The translations under genes were made by a program, and so were the position numbers. A stretch of 62,509 nt of DNA, filler included, from Chiloscyllium plagiosum (taxonomy: Eukaryota), in assembly GCF_004010195.1 (NCBI RefSeq). It is 3 parts of one record of this genome, joined end to end, with 100 filler letters (N's around TTAATTAATTAA, not from the genome) between each part and the next. Parts side by side here need not be neighbours in the genome. Positions count along the whole stretch, not along the records: positions 1 to 24,472 come from NC_057717.1; 2 more parts are not named here. One strand, written 5' to 3'. Positions within the stretch are counted from its first letter, which is position 1, and every line of letters starts with the position of its first letter. Below are positions 11,830 to 24,334 of this stretch, one piece after another. The notes beneath the pieces were generated by a model that searched no databases, was not told the DNA's origin, and worked only from the letters and a program-made list of their open reading frames with translations.

Positions 11830-12720
11830 CAGAAGAAGTCCAGCATAGTAATAGGCCCTTCGGCCCACCATGGCTGTGCTGTCCATGATGCTGTTCTAAA
11901 CTAGTCCCATCTGCCTGCACATGGTCCATATCTCTCTATTGTCTGCCTGTTCATGTTTCTGTCGAAATGCCACTTCAATGCTTTGCTCATATTTCTGCTT
12001 CTCCGACCTCCCTCAGTAACTTCCACTCTCTACATTAGAAAAAGGTGCCTCACACATCTCGTTTAAACTCCCTCCTTCTCACCTTAAATCTATGTGCTCT
12101 ACTAGTTGAAACTTACACATTGGAAAATAGATTCCAACTACCCACATGATCTGCCCAGTCCTAATTTTATTTTCCTGTACCTGGTCGCCTGTCAGCTTCT
12201 GATACTCTCACAAAACAATCCAACTTTGTTTAATTTCCTCTTATACCTAACACTCGTTTCAAAGACCTAACACAGGTAACGTGCTGATAAATCCCTTTTG
12301 CACCCTCTCCAAAGCCTCCAGATCCTTCCTATTGTGTGGAGATGAGACCTGCACACAGTACTCCAAATGTGGCTAATCAAACGTTTTATACAATTACAGC
12401 ATCAGATGCAACCCACTATACCTAACGTTGTGACCAATGAAGGACAGTGTTCCTTTTGCTTTCCTTCCCATCTGAAACATTTCTGTTGCCATTTTCAGGG
12501 AGTTACTGACTTGCTTCAAGATCCTTCTGCATATCAATGTACCGCAGGATGCTAACTTTCTTCTTGAATTTGACATGACCTCAGACTTGTCCAGCTTAAA
12601 CTCTATTTGTCATTTCTCTGCACATCTTGCCAACTGATCTGTAACCTCCTGAAACCTTTGGATCTCCTTGCTCATTAACCCCAACTCCACCAATTTTCAT
12701 GTCATATGCAATAAATATCT
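11830..12720 (-). mobile_element. CR1-type LINE 3' end, degenerate
   Basis: Tail GGCCCTTCGGCCCACCATG at ~11855; GCACACAGTACTCCAAATGTGG encodes HLEYCVQ on the minus strand. Confidence 0.75.
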
Positions 12721-12759
12721 TAGTCACTTCCTTTTGTTTCAATGGTGTGAGAATCTGTC

Positions 12760-13050
12760 ACCAGAGGGCAGAAAACCCCAGCAAGGGCTCGCCCATTTAA
12801 TATGGAGATGAGGAGGAATGTCTTCATTCAGAGGGTAGTGATTCTGTGGGAATTCCTGACTGCAGGGGGCTGTCGAGGTTGGGTCATTAAGAATATTTAC
12901 AACAGACTTGGTCAGATTTTAATGAATGAGGGAAACAAGGATTTTGTGGAAAAGGCAGGTAAATAGAGTAGAGGATCATCAGATCAACCATGATCTGACT
13001 GAAGGACAGATCATACTTCATGGGCCAAATGGCCCAATTCTGTCCTCCAT
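12760..13050 (+). mobile_element. CR1-type LINE 3' end
   Basis: GAGATGAGGAGGAAT...CAGAGGGTAGTG...CTGTGG and GATCAACCATGATCT...GGGCCAAATGGCC tail. Confidence 0.7.
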
Positions 13051-13869
13051 CTCATGGTCGGAACTCAAACTCAATATATCCTGCATAACATTATGTGGCT
13101 CGGCTCACCAAACACCTTTATAATGGGATTACTAGATATTTATTATTACATAGCATTTGATCTACAAAAGACAATTTTGATGATGGATCCTTGATGTGAT
13201 GTTATAGAAAAACATCTCGTATACAATCCCGGATTCCATCCACTACAGCCCTCATTAGTTATCCAGTCGGGATGGAGACTACTGTCAAACACATTTACTG
13301 TGCTGCCCTTGTTACAAGTACTTTCAGTATCCTGACTGTAACCATATTGACATTACCATCACTGGTTGGTTCCAATAAAAGAATTCCTGCTAAGGGCTGC
13401 TGCTGCTTGCTTATTCTCAGATCCACTCAAATAAGACTCCAACTTTTGATCTTCACTTCCACATGAGTGTCTCATTACTGCGTTCACCTCATCCTTTCTT
13501 CACAACTTGTTGGCGATTTGTCTAGCCTGTCTCGACTCCACAAAACCCTTCAGTATTCACTTCCCTGCGATGGCCATTCTGCAGCAACATCTCCGGAATG
13601 ACAGTTCGATCATATCTGTTCCTTTATGGTGAATGCAGGGAGTCATTCCTCAGTAGCGGTGGGGTGGGGGGGAGGGGGGTGGTTGAACAGATGGATAGAG
13701 GTTACAGAGATAGGGAGGCTTACAGGGGATAGAGGATGTTCGAGTTAAACAGAGTTACATCTGGTCAAGAACGTCAGTGGGACAAAGGGGTTTGGGGATT
13801 GGAGGAATTTACAGAGAGAGAGGGAGCTGGGTTAGATTCCGGAGATAGGGAGAGGGATGGATATATGAT

Positions 13870-14087
13870 CAAAGTTTGTGCGAAGATTTGTAGCTCGGCT
13901 GCTCGTTGCTGTAGTTCTGTTCGCCGAGCTGGAAGTTTTTGTTGCAAACGTTTCGTCCCCTGGCTAGGCGACATCATCAGTGCTTGGGAGCCTCCTGCGA
14001 AGCGCTTCTTTGATGTTTCCTCCGGTGTTTATAGTGGTCTGTCCCTGCCGCTTCCGGTTGTCAGTTTCAGCTGTCCGCTGTAGTGGT
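13870..14087 (-). mobile_element. 218-bp Penelope-like terminus insertion carrying a hammerhead ribozyme
   Basis: Perfect 12-bp target-site duplication TGGATATATGAT at 13858-13869 and 14088-14099; GC-rich insert in a purine-rich low-complexity host. Confidence 0.85.
13944..13983 (-). ncRNA. Minimal type I hammerhead ribozyme motif
   Basis: GCA-CUGAUGA-U-GUCGCCU-AGCC-AGGGGAC-GAAAC-GUU^-UGC: intact core, stem I GCA/UGC, stem II with one mismatch, palindromic AACGUU stem III. Confidence 0.75.
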
Positions 14088-14133
14088 TGGATATATGATA
14101 GAGGCAGGCAAACTGATAGGCACAGACAGAGGA

Positions 14134-15525
14134 TCATAGAGGCATAGTCATCGAGTCATAGAGATGTACAGAATGGAAACAGACCCTTTGGTCCAACCCA
14201 TCCTTGATGAATAGACACCCCAACCCAATCTCGTCCGACCTGCTAGCTCCTGGCCCATATCCCTCCAAACGCTTCCAATTCATATACCCATTCAAATGCC
14301 TCTTAAGTGTTGCAATTGTACCACCCTCCACCACTTCCTCTGGCAACTCATTCCATACACGTATCACCCCCTTTGTGAAAAAGTTGACCTTTAGGTCTCT
14401 TTTATATCGTTCCCCTCTCACCCTAAACCTATGCTCTCCAGTTCTGGACTCCCCGACCCCAGGGAAACGACTTTGTCTATTTACCCTGTCCATGCCCTCA
14501 TAATTTTGTAAACGTCTATAAGGTCACTCCTCAGCTTCCAACGCTCCAAGGACAACAGCCCCATGCTGTTCAGCCTCTACCTATAGCTCAAATACTCCAA
14601 TCCTGGAAACATTCTTGTAAACCTTTTCTGAACCTTTCAAGTTTCACAACATTTTCCGATAGGAAAGAGACCAGAATTGCACACAATATTCCAACAGCGG
14701 CCTAACCAATGTTCTGTACACAACATGACCTCCCAATCCCTGTACTCAATACTCTGACCAATAAACAAAAGCATACCAAACGCCTTCTTCACTATCCTAT
14801 CTACCTGCGACTCCACTTTCAAGGTGCAATGAACCTGCACCCCAAGGTCTCTTTGTTCAGCAACTCTCCTTAGGACCTTACCATTAAGTGTATAAGTCCT
14901 GTTAAGATTTGCTTTCCAAAATGCAGCATCTTGCACTTGTCTGAATTAAACTCCATCTGCCACTTCTCAGCCCAATGGCCCATCTGGTCATGATCCTGCT
15001 GTCATCTGAGGTAACCTTCTTCGCTGTCCATTACACCTCGAATTTTGGTATCATCAACAAACTAACTAACTGTACTTCTGATGCTTGCATGCAAATCAAT
15101 TATGTACATGACAAAAAGTAGAGGACCCTGTACCGATCCTTGTGGCACTCCACTGGTCATAGGCCTCCAGACTGAAAAACTACCCTCCACTACCACCCTC
15201 TGCCTTTTACCTTTGAGTAAGCTCTGTATCCAGTGGCTAGTTCTCCCTGTATTCCATGAGATCTAACCTTGCCCATCAATCTACCATGGGGAACATTGTC
15301 AATCGCCTTACTGAAATCCATGTAGATCACATCAAAAACTCTGTCCTCATCAATCCCCTTTGTTACTTCCTCAAAACACTCATTGTGAGACACGATTTCC
15401 CACGCACAAAGCCATGTTGACTATCTCGAATCAGTCCTTGCCTTTCCAAATACATTTACAACCTGTCCCTCAGAATTCCCTCCAACAACTTGCCCACCAC
15501 TGTCTTCAGGCTCACTGGTCTATAG
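14134..15525 (-). mobile_element. CR1/HER1-type LINE, 3' 1.4 kb (RT domain to tail)
   Basis: [46 protein letters not shown] and VWNELPEEVVE motifs, plus tail. Confidence 0.95.
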
Positions 15526-16537
15526 CTGTCTGGGAGTTTCAGGGTGTTTCAGGGAGAAGGGTATTGTATATACTAACAGAGATATGGAAGACGGTAGTGA
15601 CTGAAAACGTTTAAAGACGTAAGCGGACTTCTAGGCTCTGGAGGCGACGTAGACAGGAAAACAATGGACAATGCCAGGTTGCTGGGTTGGAGACGGTTAC
15701 ACAGATGGGGACGATTGCACAAACTGAAAGAGGTTCCGTTGTCGTGGGTGTTGGTGGGGGTGGGGGAGTGTGAAGTTTACATAGATTAAGTTCAAAGAAT
15801 TGGAGAATGATAAGGAGATTACAATTTTTTCACAGCTAAGAAAGGATTGTAGGAGCTGGAGGAGTTTGCACAGATAGGGAAAGACGAAGAGGTTAAAGAC
15901 AAATACTTGGACATGAAGGGTGGTGTTAGTAGGAGGGTGGTGTTACTAACAGCACTGTCAGGGTTTACAGGGATGAAGGAATTTAGTATCTACTGGAAAA
16001 ATTTAGGGATTAGGGTGTTAGGGATTGGAGAACCTGACAGAGACGGAGTGCATTGTGTGGATTAGAGGAGATTCCAAACAGAGAGAGGATTATTCGGGCT
16101 GGTGGATATTACAGAGATCACTAATACAGCATGGGGCAGGATTGATGCCTGGGTACTCTGTGCTGTCTAAGTGAGTACCAGTACAGCAGAGGTGAGAGCA
16201 GGACTCTCACAAGATGGTGGGAATGAAGCCTAGAATGTTGATGTTCCTTGCCAGGCACTGTGTCTATGTCCTGTATTCCGGGTCTGAATACAGAAGGCCA
16301 CTAACTCCTCCCTGTGCTGTTTACTGTGAGTGATCTTACCGGCTGCAGGATTTACTGAAGGCTCTAGATCTCACTCTCCATCTCACTCTTGCTGACCAAT
16401 TGTCTTCTTTGTGGTAATGGACGAGAATTTCGATTTCGGCTAAGTCAGGAACATCCTGATTACCTACAGGAGAGAAAGAAACAGACAGAATGGGATATTA
16501 GACTGAGGCAGTGAGGATGACTCATGTCGAGTAGCAC

Positions 16538-16568
16538 TGATGAAGGGCTTTTGCCCGAAACGTCGATT
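16538..16568 (+). ncRNA. Minimal hammerhead ribozyme motif (intact core)
   Basis: CUGAUGA-A-GGGC-UUUU-GCCC-GAAAC-GUC^GA. Confidence 0.75.
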
Positions 16569-16668
16569 TTGCTGAAGCTCCTCGGATGCTGCCTGAACTA
16601 CTGTGCTCTTCCAGCACCTTTGATCCAGAATCTGGTTTCCAGCATCTGCAGTCATTGTTTTTACCTTA
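16541..16668 (+). mobile_element. 128-bp Penelope-terminus/hammerhead mini-insertion
   Basis: Perfect 14-bp target-site duplication TCGAGTAGCACTGA at 16527-16540 and 16669-16682; ends ...CTGCAGTCATTGTTTTTACC. Confidence 0.9.
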
Positions 16669-17179
16669 TCGAGTAGCACTGAGTCCAGCAGAGACCTGGA
16701 AAATCCCAGTCTCCATCTCTGGCCTGTGCTGCTGTGTCACTCTGGAGTGGAGAATTCTGTTGCTCAGAATCTCAGACCAGCTGCAGGAGTGAGAGGCGTT
16801 GACAGAGGCAGCAATTAGACCCACACAGTGAGGGATACCACATGGAGAGATACTGAGTGTTATCACCAGAGTGCAGCAGGTTTTCAGAATCAAACAATGG
16901 TGTCAGAAGAAGTTGGTCTGATGCAGTGGGAACTGCTACCAGTTCTCAGGGAGAAGTCAGCTATTTTATTGGGATGGTACAGTGGTGGAGCCAGTGCCCT
17001 GGTCAATCATAACACCAGGATTATGCAGAGTGCTTTAAACTGACACACATGTAGAGATACAGTCTCTGCTGGAAGGACATCCCAATTCCATGGGGAAAGG
17101 TTAAAATATTGAAACATGGGGACGTGGCTGAGGAGAACTAGAAAGAAACAGGAAGGAAGTGAGTTTAACTAAAATTGTA

Positions 17180-17630
17180 CATCAGCAAATATGTTTGTGA
17201 CAGGAAATTGTGATAAAAATAAATTGCTGTTTCTAGATTTGGATGGAAGAAGTATTTGCAATAAGGGATATGCACGTGTGACTTGTGATTTCTATCTAAT
17301 CACGATCAGGGAGACATGGTCACACGGTGAACAAGAAGGTGGGCATTAATTTTTACAGTTACATAACATTGTGGAACATCAGGCAGAATGGGAAGAAGGA
17401 TGGGGATCTCTCATCGTTACGGATAACAATGGGATGATGAAGAAAATATGTGGCCTTAGATTATCAATCAGTCGTAGACCAAATTCCGGGTAATAAGGGT
17501 CAGAACACAAAAGTGGAAGAGCAGTGTTAAGGCTCCTTTACAGCATTACATTGTGAGACACTGGATTAACAGGGAATTATTTGAATTTGTAACAAAGGTA
17601 TTGGTATAACAGTGAAGGGATTCAACTTTC
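17180..17630 (+). mobile_element. Highly degenerate CR1 endonuclease fragment
   Basis: ATCACGATCAGGGAGACATGG (xxETW) and GGGATTCAACTTTCC (GDFNFP). Confidence 0.55.
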
Positions 17631-17634
17631 CTCT

Positions 17635-17830
17635 CTCATCATCGCATTGGTGATGGGTCACAGAGGAGGCTGACTATCTCCCACGCTCAGGGGGAGTCTG
17701 TAGGTGGCTGTACAGACCAATATGGCCTTCCACAGACTTTGTTACACTTGGGGCAGAAGGTGGCCATGTGAAGGGGGTGGGTGCGGCTTTGGGGTGACAG
17801 CGCGCTCCTTGTGCTGTTTTCTCCTGGATT
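17635..17830 (-). mobile_element. RTE-clade LINE 3' end
   Basis: The minus strand encodes CPKCNKVCG/GHIGLYSHLQT (one frameshift), the RTE C-terminal zinc motif; (GAT)n-like tail. Confidence 0.75.
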
Positions 17831-19479
17831 CCCCACAATAAATCCTAAACCTTTTTTTTCAGATCTCCCCCATCAACTGTGATTCTACATAATCGGCCTC
17901 ATTGAGCTTTCACGGGCTCGTTTCTCTCCCTCGCTAAACTTTAGGCCCTGTTGAAACTTGTCAAAATGCATCTGAAATTTAAATATCCCCCACCACCAAC
18001 AGCCTTCCACACCCCATCTATTCTGCCATTTATGCTCATACCAAAATATAGAATACAACAGATTTGAAAATATTCTGCTTCTACAAAACCATATTTCACC
18101 CATTGTTTCTCAGCGTCCGGTTATCATTTATTGTCATATCCTTTATAATACATTCCAGCATGTTCCCGACTTACTGTTCGGCTAACACTGTTTGGTTTCA
18201 GGCTGACTGCAAAAAAGGGTTTTGGGCGGCATGTTCAACACAACATCGTTAGCCCATTCCTGTGCTATATTGTTCCATGTTCTATGTAACTCTTTAAAGA
18301 TTATGCATCAAGGAAGGATCACGACCAAGAAAAGACTCGGGCCTCTCAGGGATGAAAGAGAGAGAAAGGGGTTGTGGGGGAGGTGGATCGGTAAGAACAG
18401 GGAAGGGTGAGGTGGGGTGATAAGAACAGGGAAGGGAATACATTGTGTAAGAGGGAGCATGAAGAATAAAAGCAAGCAGGAACATACGAAAGTCTGAGTG
18501 ATGTTTCTGAGGGAGGCCACATATACGAGTGGAATAAATTAACAGCACATAGCTTAGGGACATGAAGTGATGAAACCCTCATTTGAAAATGACTGGAAGG
18601 AATAACAATAAACTATCACATCGGGTTAAAATCCACATTATTAAAGGTGGCACACGTTGGACAATGGAAAAGAGATTGTCATGGAGGACAGGGATAATAC
18701 AGAGCAATGGATGGACATGGAATCAGATCCACAGGAAAGGGATCACACCACAGCAAAGCAAGTTCAGTATTGAATTATAGATGAATGTTCAATAATATTC
18801 ACCTCTGAACCAATTTCATTGTCGTTCAATGTAATCTCTCCGGCTGGACCTTGTAGCTGAGAAGATAGCACAGAACTGGAATCAGAGAAACACTTCAATT
18901 TTCATTACTTCCAATTCTCTGCAAAATGAGAAGACAAAAGACACATGTTGAGAGCCATTCAGAATAAACAAACATATCTCTTCGTTTGAGTGCTAGACAG
19001 CCACCTGTTAAAGGAGTTTCCAAAATCCACCACCATCAATTCAGGCCAGGAATTTACAAAATGATTCGAAAGATCTTGTACTTCAATGACAAGGTTATGT
19101 TGCAGAGACGATTTGAGAGATTTGATAAATGCATCCAATTTTAAGATGTTTTTCTAACCGCCAATTTTGTTCTTCCAAAGATTATTTGGAAAACAAAAGG
19201 TTGGAATACAGGGAAAAAAATATTCATGAACAGAATCAATCTTCTGTAACAACTGAATTCAATGGCGGATGTAAGTACCCAGCATGCCCCGCGGTGGTGA
19301 ATACCCTCTATATTCACGGCAGGCGAGGGCAGCACATTGCCAGTACCGACTTTATCTTCGTGGGAAATGGGAAGAGATGCGCTTTTCCACATGGCAAGGC
19401 TGCAGGAGCTGGAGAGCGTTTATAAACCCTTTCAGCGAGATGCGAGCACCTTGAAAAATAACTTGCAGTTTAATGTATC

Positions 19480-19582
19480 GCGGTTCCAAGATGAACAGTC
19501 GTCATCTTGACTGGGGATGTGGACGCATGCTCAGACGGATCCGTGACGTCAGAGTGCGGGGCGGGGCCTGAGGGTGACTCAT
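19480..19582. promoter_or_regulatory. Pol II promoter-like motif cluster
   Basis: CRE TGACGTCA at 19544-19551, GC box GGGGCGGGGC at 19558-19567, AP-1 TGACTCA at 19575-19581 and NRF1-like CGCATGC at ~19524, all within a locally CpG-rich patch. Confidence 0.55.
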
Positions 19583-20329
19583 GCAGATGCTGAAAATCTG
19601 AGAGAAAATCAGAAAGTGCCAGAGGATGTCAGCAGGAGATATGGACGGAAAAACAGAGTAAACAATTCCAGTCCTGTGTGCATCTTCTTCTGAACCCAAT
19701 ACCCTGGTACTGCAGTGTCCTCAGCGATAGGTTTATAACAGCTTCACCCTCAGATGATCTTTGAAACAAAGAGCAGTCTACCTGAATCACTGGATTTTTC
19801 TGCAGGTGACATTTTTAACCAACCTGTTCAGACTTGTCATGTCCCAATTGTGAAGCAGGTGGGGGCATGAGAATCCAGGCGTTCTTAGTTAGACGGGAGT
19901 TCCTCAGGGTCGAGTCTTTGGCCCAACCATCTTCAGCTGCTTTGCCAATCACTTTCCCTTCAGAAGTAGGAATGTTGGTTTACGATTGGACAATATTAAG
20001 CATCTTTTTCACCTGCTCAGATACTGAGGTAGCGCATAGCAATATGTTCAGGTTGTAAGTTTGGTTTCTGAGCTCGTAGGCTTGTTCGCATTGAGAACAA
20101 TCTTACAACCTGAAACACAACCTAAGCTAAAAAAGTTCTCAAAAATCGCATACCCACATGGAGCAAGACCTGGCCATCATCGAAAATCTGCACAAGTGGC
20201 AAGTAACAGCTGTATCACATTCGTGCCTGGCGAAGACCATCTTCAACAAGAGAAAATCTGAGTATCCCTTGTTGACATTCAACAGCAATATCATTGTTTA
20301 ATCCTCCACGAGCAGCATTGCGGGATGTA

Positions 20330-21020
20330 ATATTGATGAGAAAATGACCAGGACTGACCATACAACTGTTAATGCAGGGTCAGGGCAGAGGCAAAACGTT
20401 TTGCAGTGCTCAACTCACCTCCTGACTCCCCACCTTACAAGATGTCAGTCAGGTGTGATATGGAATCCTCTCCACTTGCCTGGTTGAATGCTGCTTCAAC
20501 AACACAAGAAGCAGCACGGTGGCACAGTGGTTAGCACTGCTGCCTCACAGCGCCAGAGACCCAGGTACAGTTCCAGCCTCAGGTGATAATCTATGTGGAG
20601 TTTGCACATCCCCCCCTCCGCACCCTCGTGTCTGCGTGGGTTTTCTCCGGGTTCTTCAGTTTCCTCCCACAATCTAAAAATGTGCAGGATAGGTGAAATG
20701 GCCAAGTTAAATTGCCCGTAGTGCAGGAGAATGGGTCTGAGTAGGTTTTGCTTCGGCGGGTCAGTGTGGACTTGTTGGGCCGATGGGCCTGTTTCCACCC
20801 TGTAAGTAATCTAAGCTTGTCAACATCTGGGACAAAACAGCACTTTTGATTGTCAACAACCTTCACCATTGCCTTTCATCACCATTGATGTCCAGTAGCA
20901 GCGAAGGTGATCATCTCTTGTGTAACATCGTACTGTGTCTGGGTGCTGTGCTCTCCACCAGTTGGCGAGGTACATTCTGGACACAGAATGTCTCAGGTTC
21001 TTTTTTGCATTTGATGGTGC
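20330..21020 (+). mobile_element. L2/CR1-clade LINE fragment interrupted by an HE1 SINE
   Basis: GTCAGGTGTGATATGGAATCCTCTCCACTTGCCTGG (VRxxMExSPLAW) continues after the SINE; related sequence on the minus strand at ~32930-33290. Confidence 0.6.
20511..20812 (+). mobile_element. HE1-type tRNA-derived SINE
   Basis: Head GCACGGTGGCACAGTGGTTAGCACTGCTGCCTCACAGCGCCAG, central TGTGGAGTTTGCAC...TCTGCGTGGGTTT domain, and LINE-like tail GGACTTGTTGGGCCGA..GGGCCTGTTTCC. Confidence 0.93.
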
Positions 21021-21379
21021 TTTTTGCATCTTTCTAGATGATTGGACCATTTGTTTGGGAGGACGTGTGGAATAGAGAAAGAATTTCTTTCTGAAACTGG
21101 ATTGTTTGATCTAAGATTTTACGCTGTATGGACCGCGACAATATTTGAAGACAAATCAAACATGATATAAAGATCCAACAGAGTCACTAAATTCATTTGG
21201 ACATCAAGTGAATATGATTATCTGGTATGTCAGTGAGCAAAGGTTTCCAACAACATTGTGTGTGGTCAACCACCAACACAGACACACACACATACACACA
21301 CATATAAGAGTGAGTGTTCCAATGAACTGACTGCAGACATTATTTAACATTATCTAATAAACAATCTAAAAACATTCAC

Positions 21380-21745
21380 AGACAGAGAAGCCATATATAT
21401 GTTGTGTTTATGGGAAAGGATTCACCAGATCATCCAACTTGGATATATGTTCGGAGATGAGCGCCATGTAAATGTCTGGATTGTGAGAAGAATTGCAAAT
21501 TCCCAAACCAACTGGAGACTCATTGACACAGACATTCTGTGTGTGAAGAGAATTATTTTGTCATCCAGCTTCATGTCACACCAGTGGCTTTACACTGACA
21601 AGAGGCCTTTCCCCTGAGTGTGGAGAAAAAAAAACTTTAAGATCTGTAAAGGTCTAAAATTCAATAGTCTTTATTTAACATCACCCTGTTCACATGGGGG
21701 AGAAGTCATTCAGCTGTTTCATGTGTGGGAAGGTAGTCACTTGGG
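21380..21745 (+). pseudogene. C2H2 (Kruppel-type) zinc-finger array pseudogene
   Basis: Decayed fingers and linkers across frames: GKGFTRSSNL; CKCLDCEKNCKFPNQLETH*H; SSSFMSHQWLYTDKRPFP; HPVHMGEKSFSCFMCGK; stops and frameshifts; truncated by CR1. Confidence 0.8.
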
Positions 21746-21749
21746 GATC

Positions 21750-23010
21750 CAGCAATGCCTTGCTCTTTTTTCCTTGATAAGAGACTCAAGCATTTTCCCC
21801 ACTACGGATGTTACGCAAACTGATCTACACTTATCCATCTTTTGTCTATCTTCCATTTGAAACAGCGGCGCCACTGTATTCCAATCTGCTGGAACTGCCC
21901 CAGAGTCCAGCAAATTTGGAAAATTACTGACAGTGCACCTGTTCTATACCGCGCTGTCTCTTTTATCACCATATGATGCATTACACCAGGACAGGAGACT
22001 TGTATATCCTTCGCTCCATGAGCTTGCCCAACTCTAGTGTTCCATAATAATGTTTGTTTCCAGGTCCTCACCGACTCCATCTCTTTGTCAATCACTGGCA
22101 TGTTATTAGTGCCCAACAGTATGAAGACCGATGCAAAATACCTGTTCAGTGCCTCAGTCATGTCCTCACATCCCATAACTAAATGCCCCTTCTCCTCCTC
22201 TGAAGGACCAACATTTACCTTAGCCTCACTTTTTCATTTGAAGTTTTCATAGAAACTTCTGCTATCTGTCTTTATATCTGTGATACATCTTTTCTCTCTT
22301 GTTCTTTCTTACGGTTCTTTATCGCTCGTTTTGTGGCTTTCTTTTGACCTTTAAAGCTTTCCCAATCTTCCAGTTTCATGCTGTTTTTGACCACTTTGTA
22401 TGCCTTACCTTTCAATGTGATCGCCTCCCATATTTCCTGAGACATCCAGAGCAGATTACCCCTGTTCTGACTGTCTTTCCTTTAAACTGTAACATACTTT
22501 TGCTGAGCACATTGAAACATTTCTTTGGAAGTCCTCCTCTACTCATCAGCTGTACACCATGTTTTTTGTTTTCTGTCTCCTTTAGCCAGGTCATTCTCAT
22601 TGTGTTGTTGTCCCCGCTGTACATGCACAAAGCCCTGGTATTGGATTTTAACTTCACACCCTCCATCTGTATTCGAAATCTAACCATACTGTGATCACTC
22701 CTTCCAAGAGAATCCCGAACGATGAGGTCATTCATTATTCCTGTCTCATTACACAGGGCCAGATCAAGTAGAGGTTTCTCCCCGTCGCTTCCATGACATA
22801 CTGTTCAAGAAAACTATCGCGGATACACTAAATGAACTCCTCCTCAAGGCTACCCTGACCGAGCTGGTTCGACCATTCAACATGTAGATCGAACTCTCCC
22901 ATGATAAGAGCTGGCCCATTTTGACAGCCATTAGTTATTTCTTTGTTTATTGCCCGTCCCAGGGTGATGTTATTATTTGGTGGCCGAGAGACTAGAGCGA
23001 GCAGTGACTT
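21750..23010 (-). mobile_element. CR1-type LINE ORF2 fragment (same family as 2450-4000)
   Basis: DLIVRDSLGRSDHSMV and EALNRYFASVF; collinear with 2560-3650. Confidence 0.88.
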
Positions 23011-24334
23011 TTCTTCTTACTTGGCGTTCCGATTTCCCGAAAGCAGGAAGGTTACCGGGGATCTGAAGGGCGGAGCTCTCACTGGTTTCAGATTCTGTCA
23101 CCAATTTTCCTGCTTTCATCACCAAGAGTATCAGAGAGCTTGAGGGGTCTGCAAACACCAGAGGAAAAGGAACCATCAGAAATTGGAAGATACCCAGGCC
23201 CTTCAATGTGACTGGCTGATCTACATCACTATGACTCTGGTACTGGGATAATTCAAGCCCATGCGTGACAGAATCTGGAAATTAAATGCAGCACTTCAGA
23301 TTGTTCAGTCCAAATGTATACCATTAAGATACAGTGGGTACTGAATCCCGTCCATATAACCACTTCATCAAATCCTCCCTGTCAATCTATCCAAAATCTT
23401 AACTTTTGTATCTCATCATCCATTTCCCCCAGCTAATGTGAACATCTTGTTTTCACCTTCCTTATCTCCACCAATTATAAGCCAATAAGCTCTGTCGCAT
23501 CTCGCTTCAACTGCAATTTCTCCATCGCATCATAAATCACTCATGAAACTTTCTGATAAATGAATGAGCCTATCCCCTCTCAGGACCCTCCCATCCTGCA
23601 CAATGTGTGATAATCTCTGTTGTGAGTATGCTGACAACCCTCGGCCGGGGGATGGATAATGTGAGTTTCTGAAATAAAAGAGAGGTTGCAGGAGGAACCC
23701 AATAGGACTGGCATGTTTTGGGAGAAAGAAATAATGTTCATGTTTCGAGATAATTTCTTACTTTATTTTGATTATTCTTTTCTCTCTGCCCTAATAGTGA
23801 TGGATTTTGGGAGCTTCTTTCTCTGAGGATTGCAAAGAAGGGTATACACACAAAAACATCAACCAAAGGGAATTATTTGTCTGTCTGATTTCTCACCTAG
23901 ACTGACACTGCCTTTATTAAACTTCTTTGAATATTTGAAGAAGATTCACAGACAGGAAACGCCAAACAAACATTTAATCAAAACCTGACATTATCAATCG
24001 ATTAATCAGAAGCTGAAAATAATTGGCGTTTGAGTGTTGCATCCTCAGTCATTACCAATCACTGCATATATTTTCTCCATCATATCCTCCATGACGATCT
24101 GTACCAATGTCTCAGGTGATTGCTGGTGTGTCCCATACCTGTGGGAGGTGTTTTCCAGGAAGAGGAAGCTGGGAGCCGACAGGATGAACTGGGTTGGGGA
24201 GGAGATGGGGTTTGAGTGACAGACCCTGGGAGTATTTGAACCTAACTCAGTCAGCCATTACACTCACGCCATGCGGGCTGACCGGGGGAGTATCGACCTG
24301 TTACTGTCTCTGTCTGTGTGAGCTGGGGGTCACT

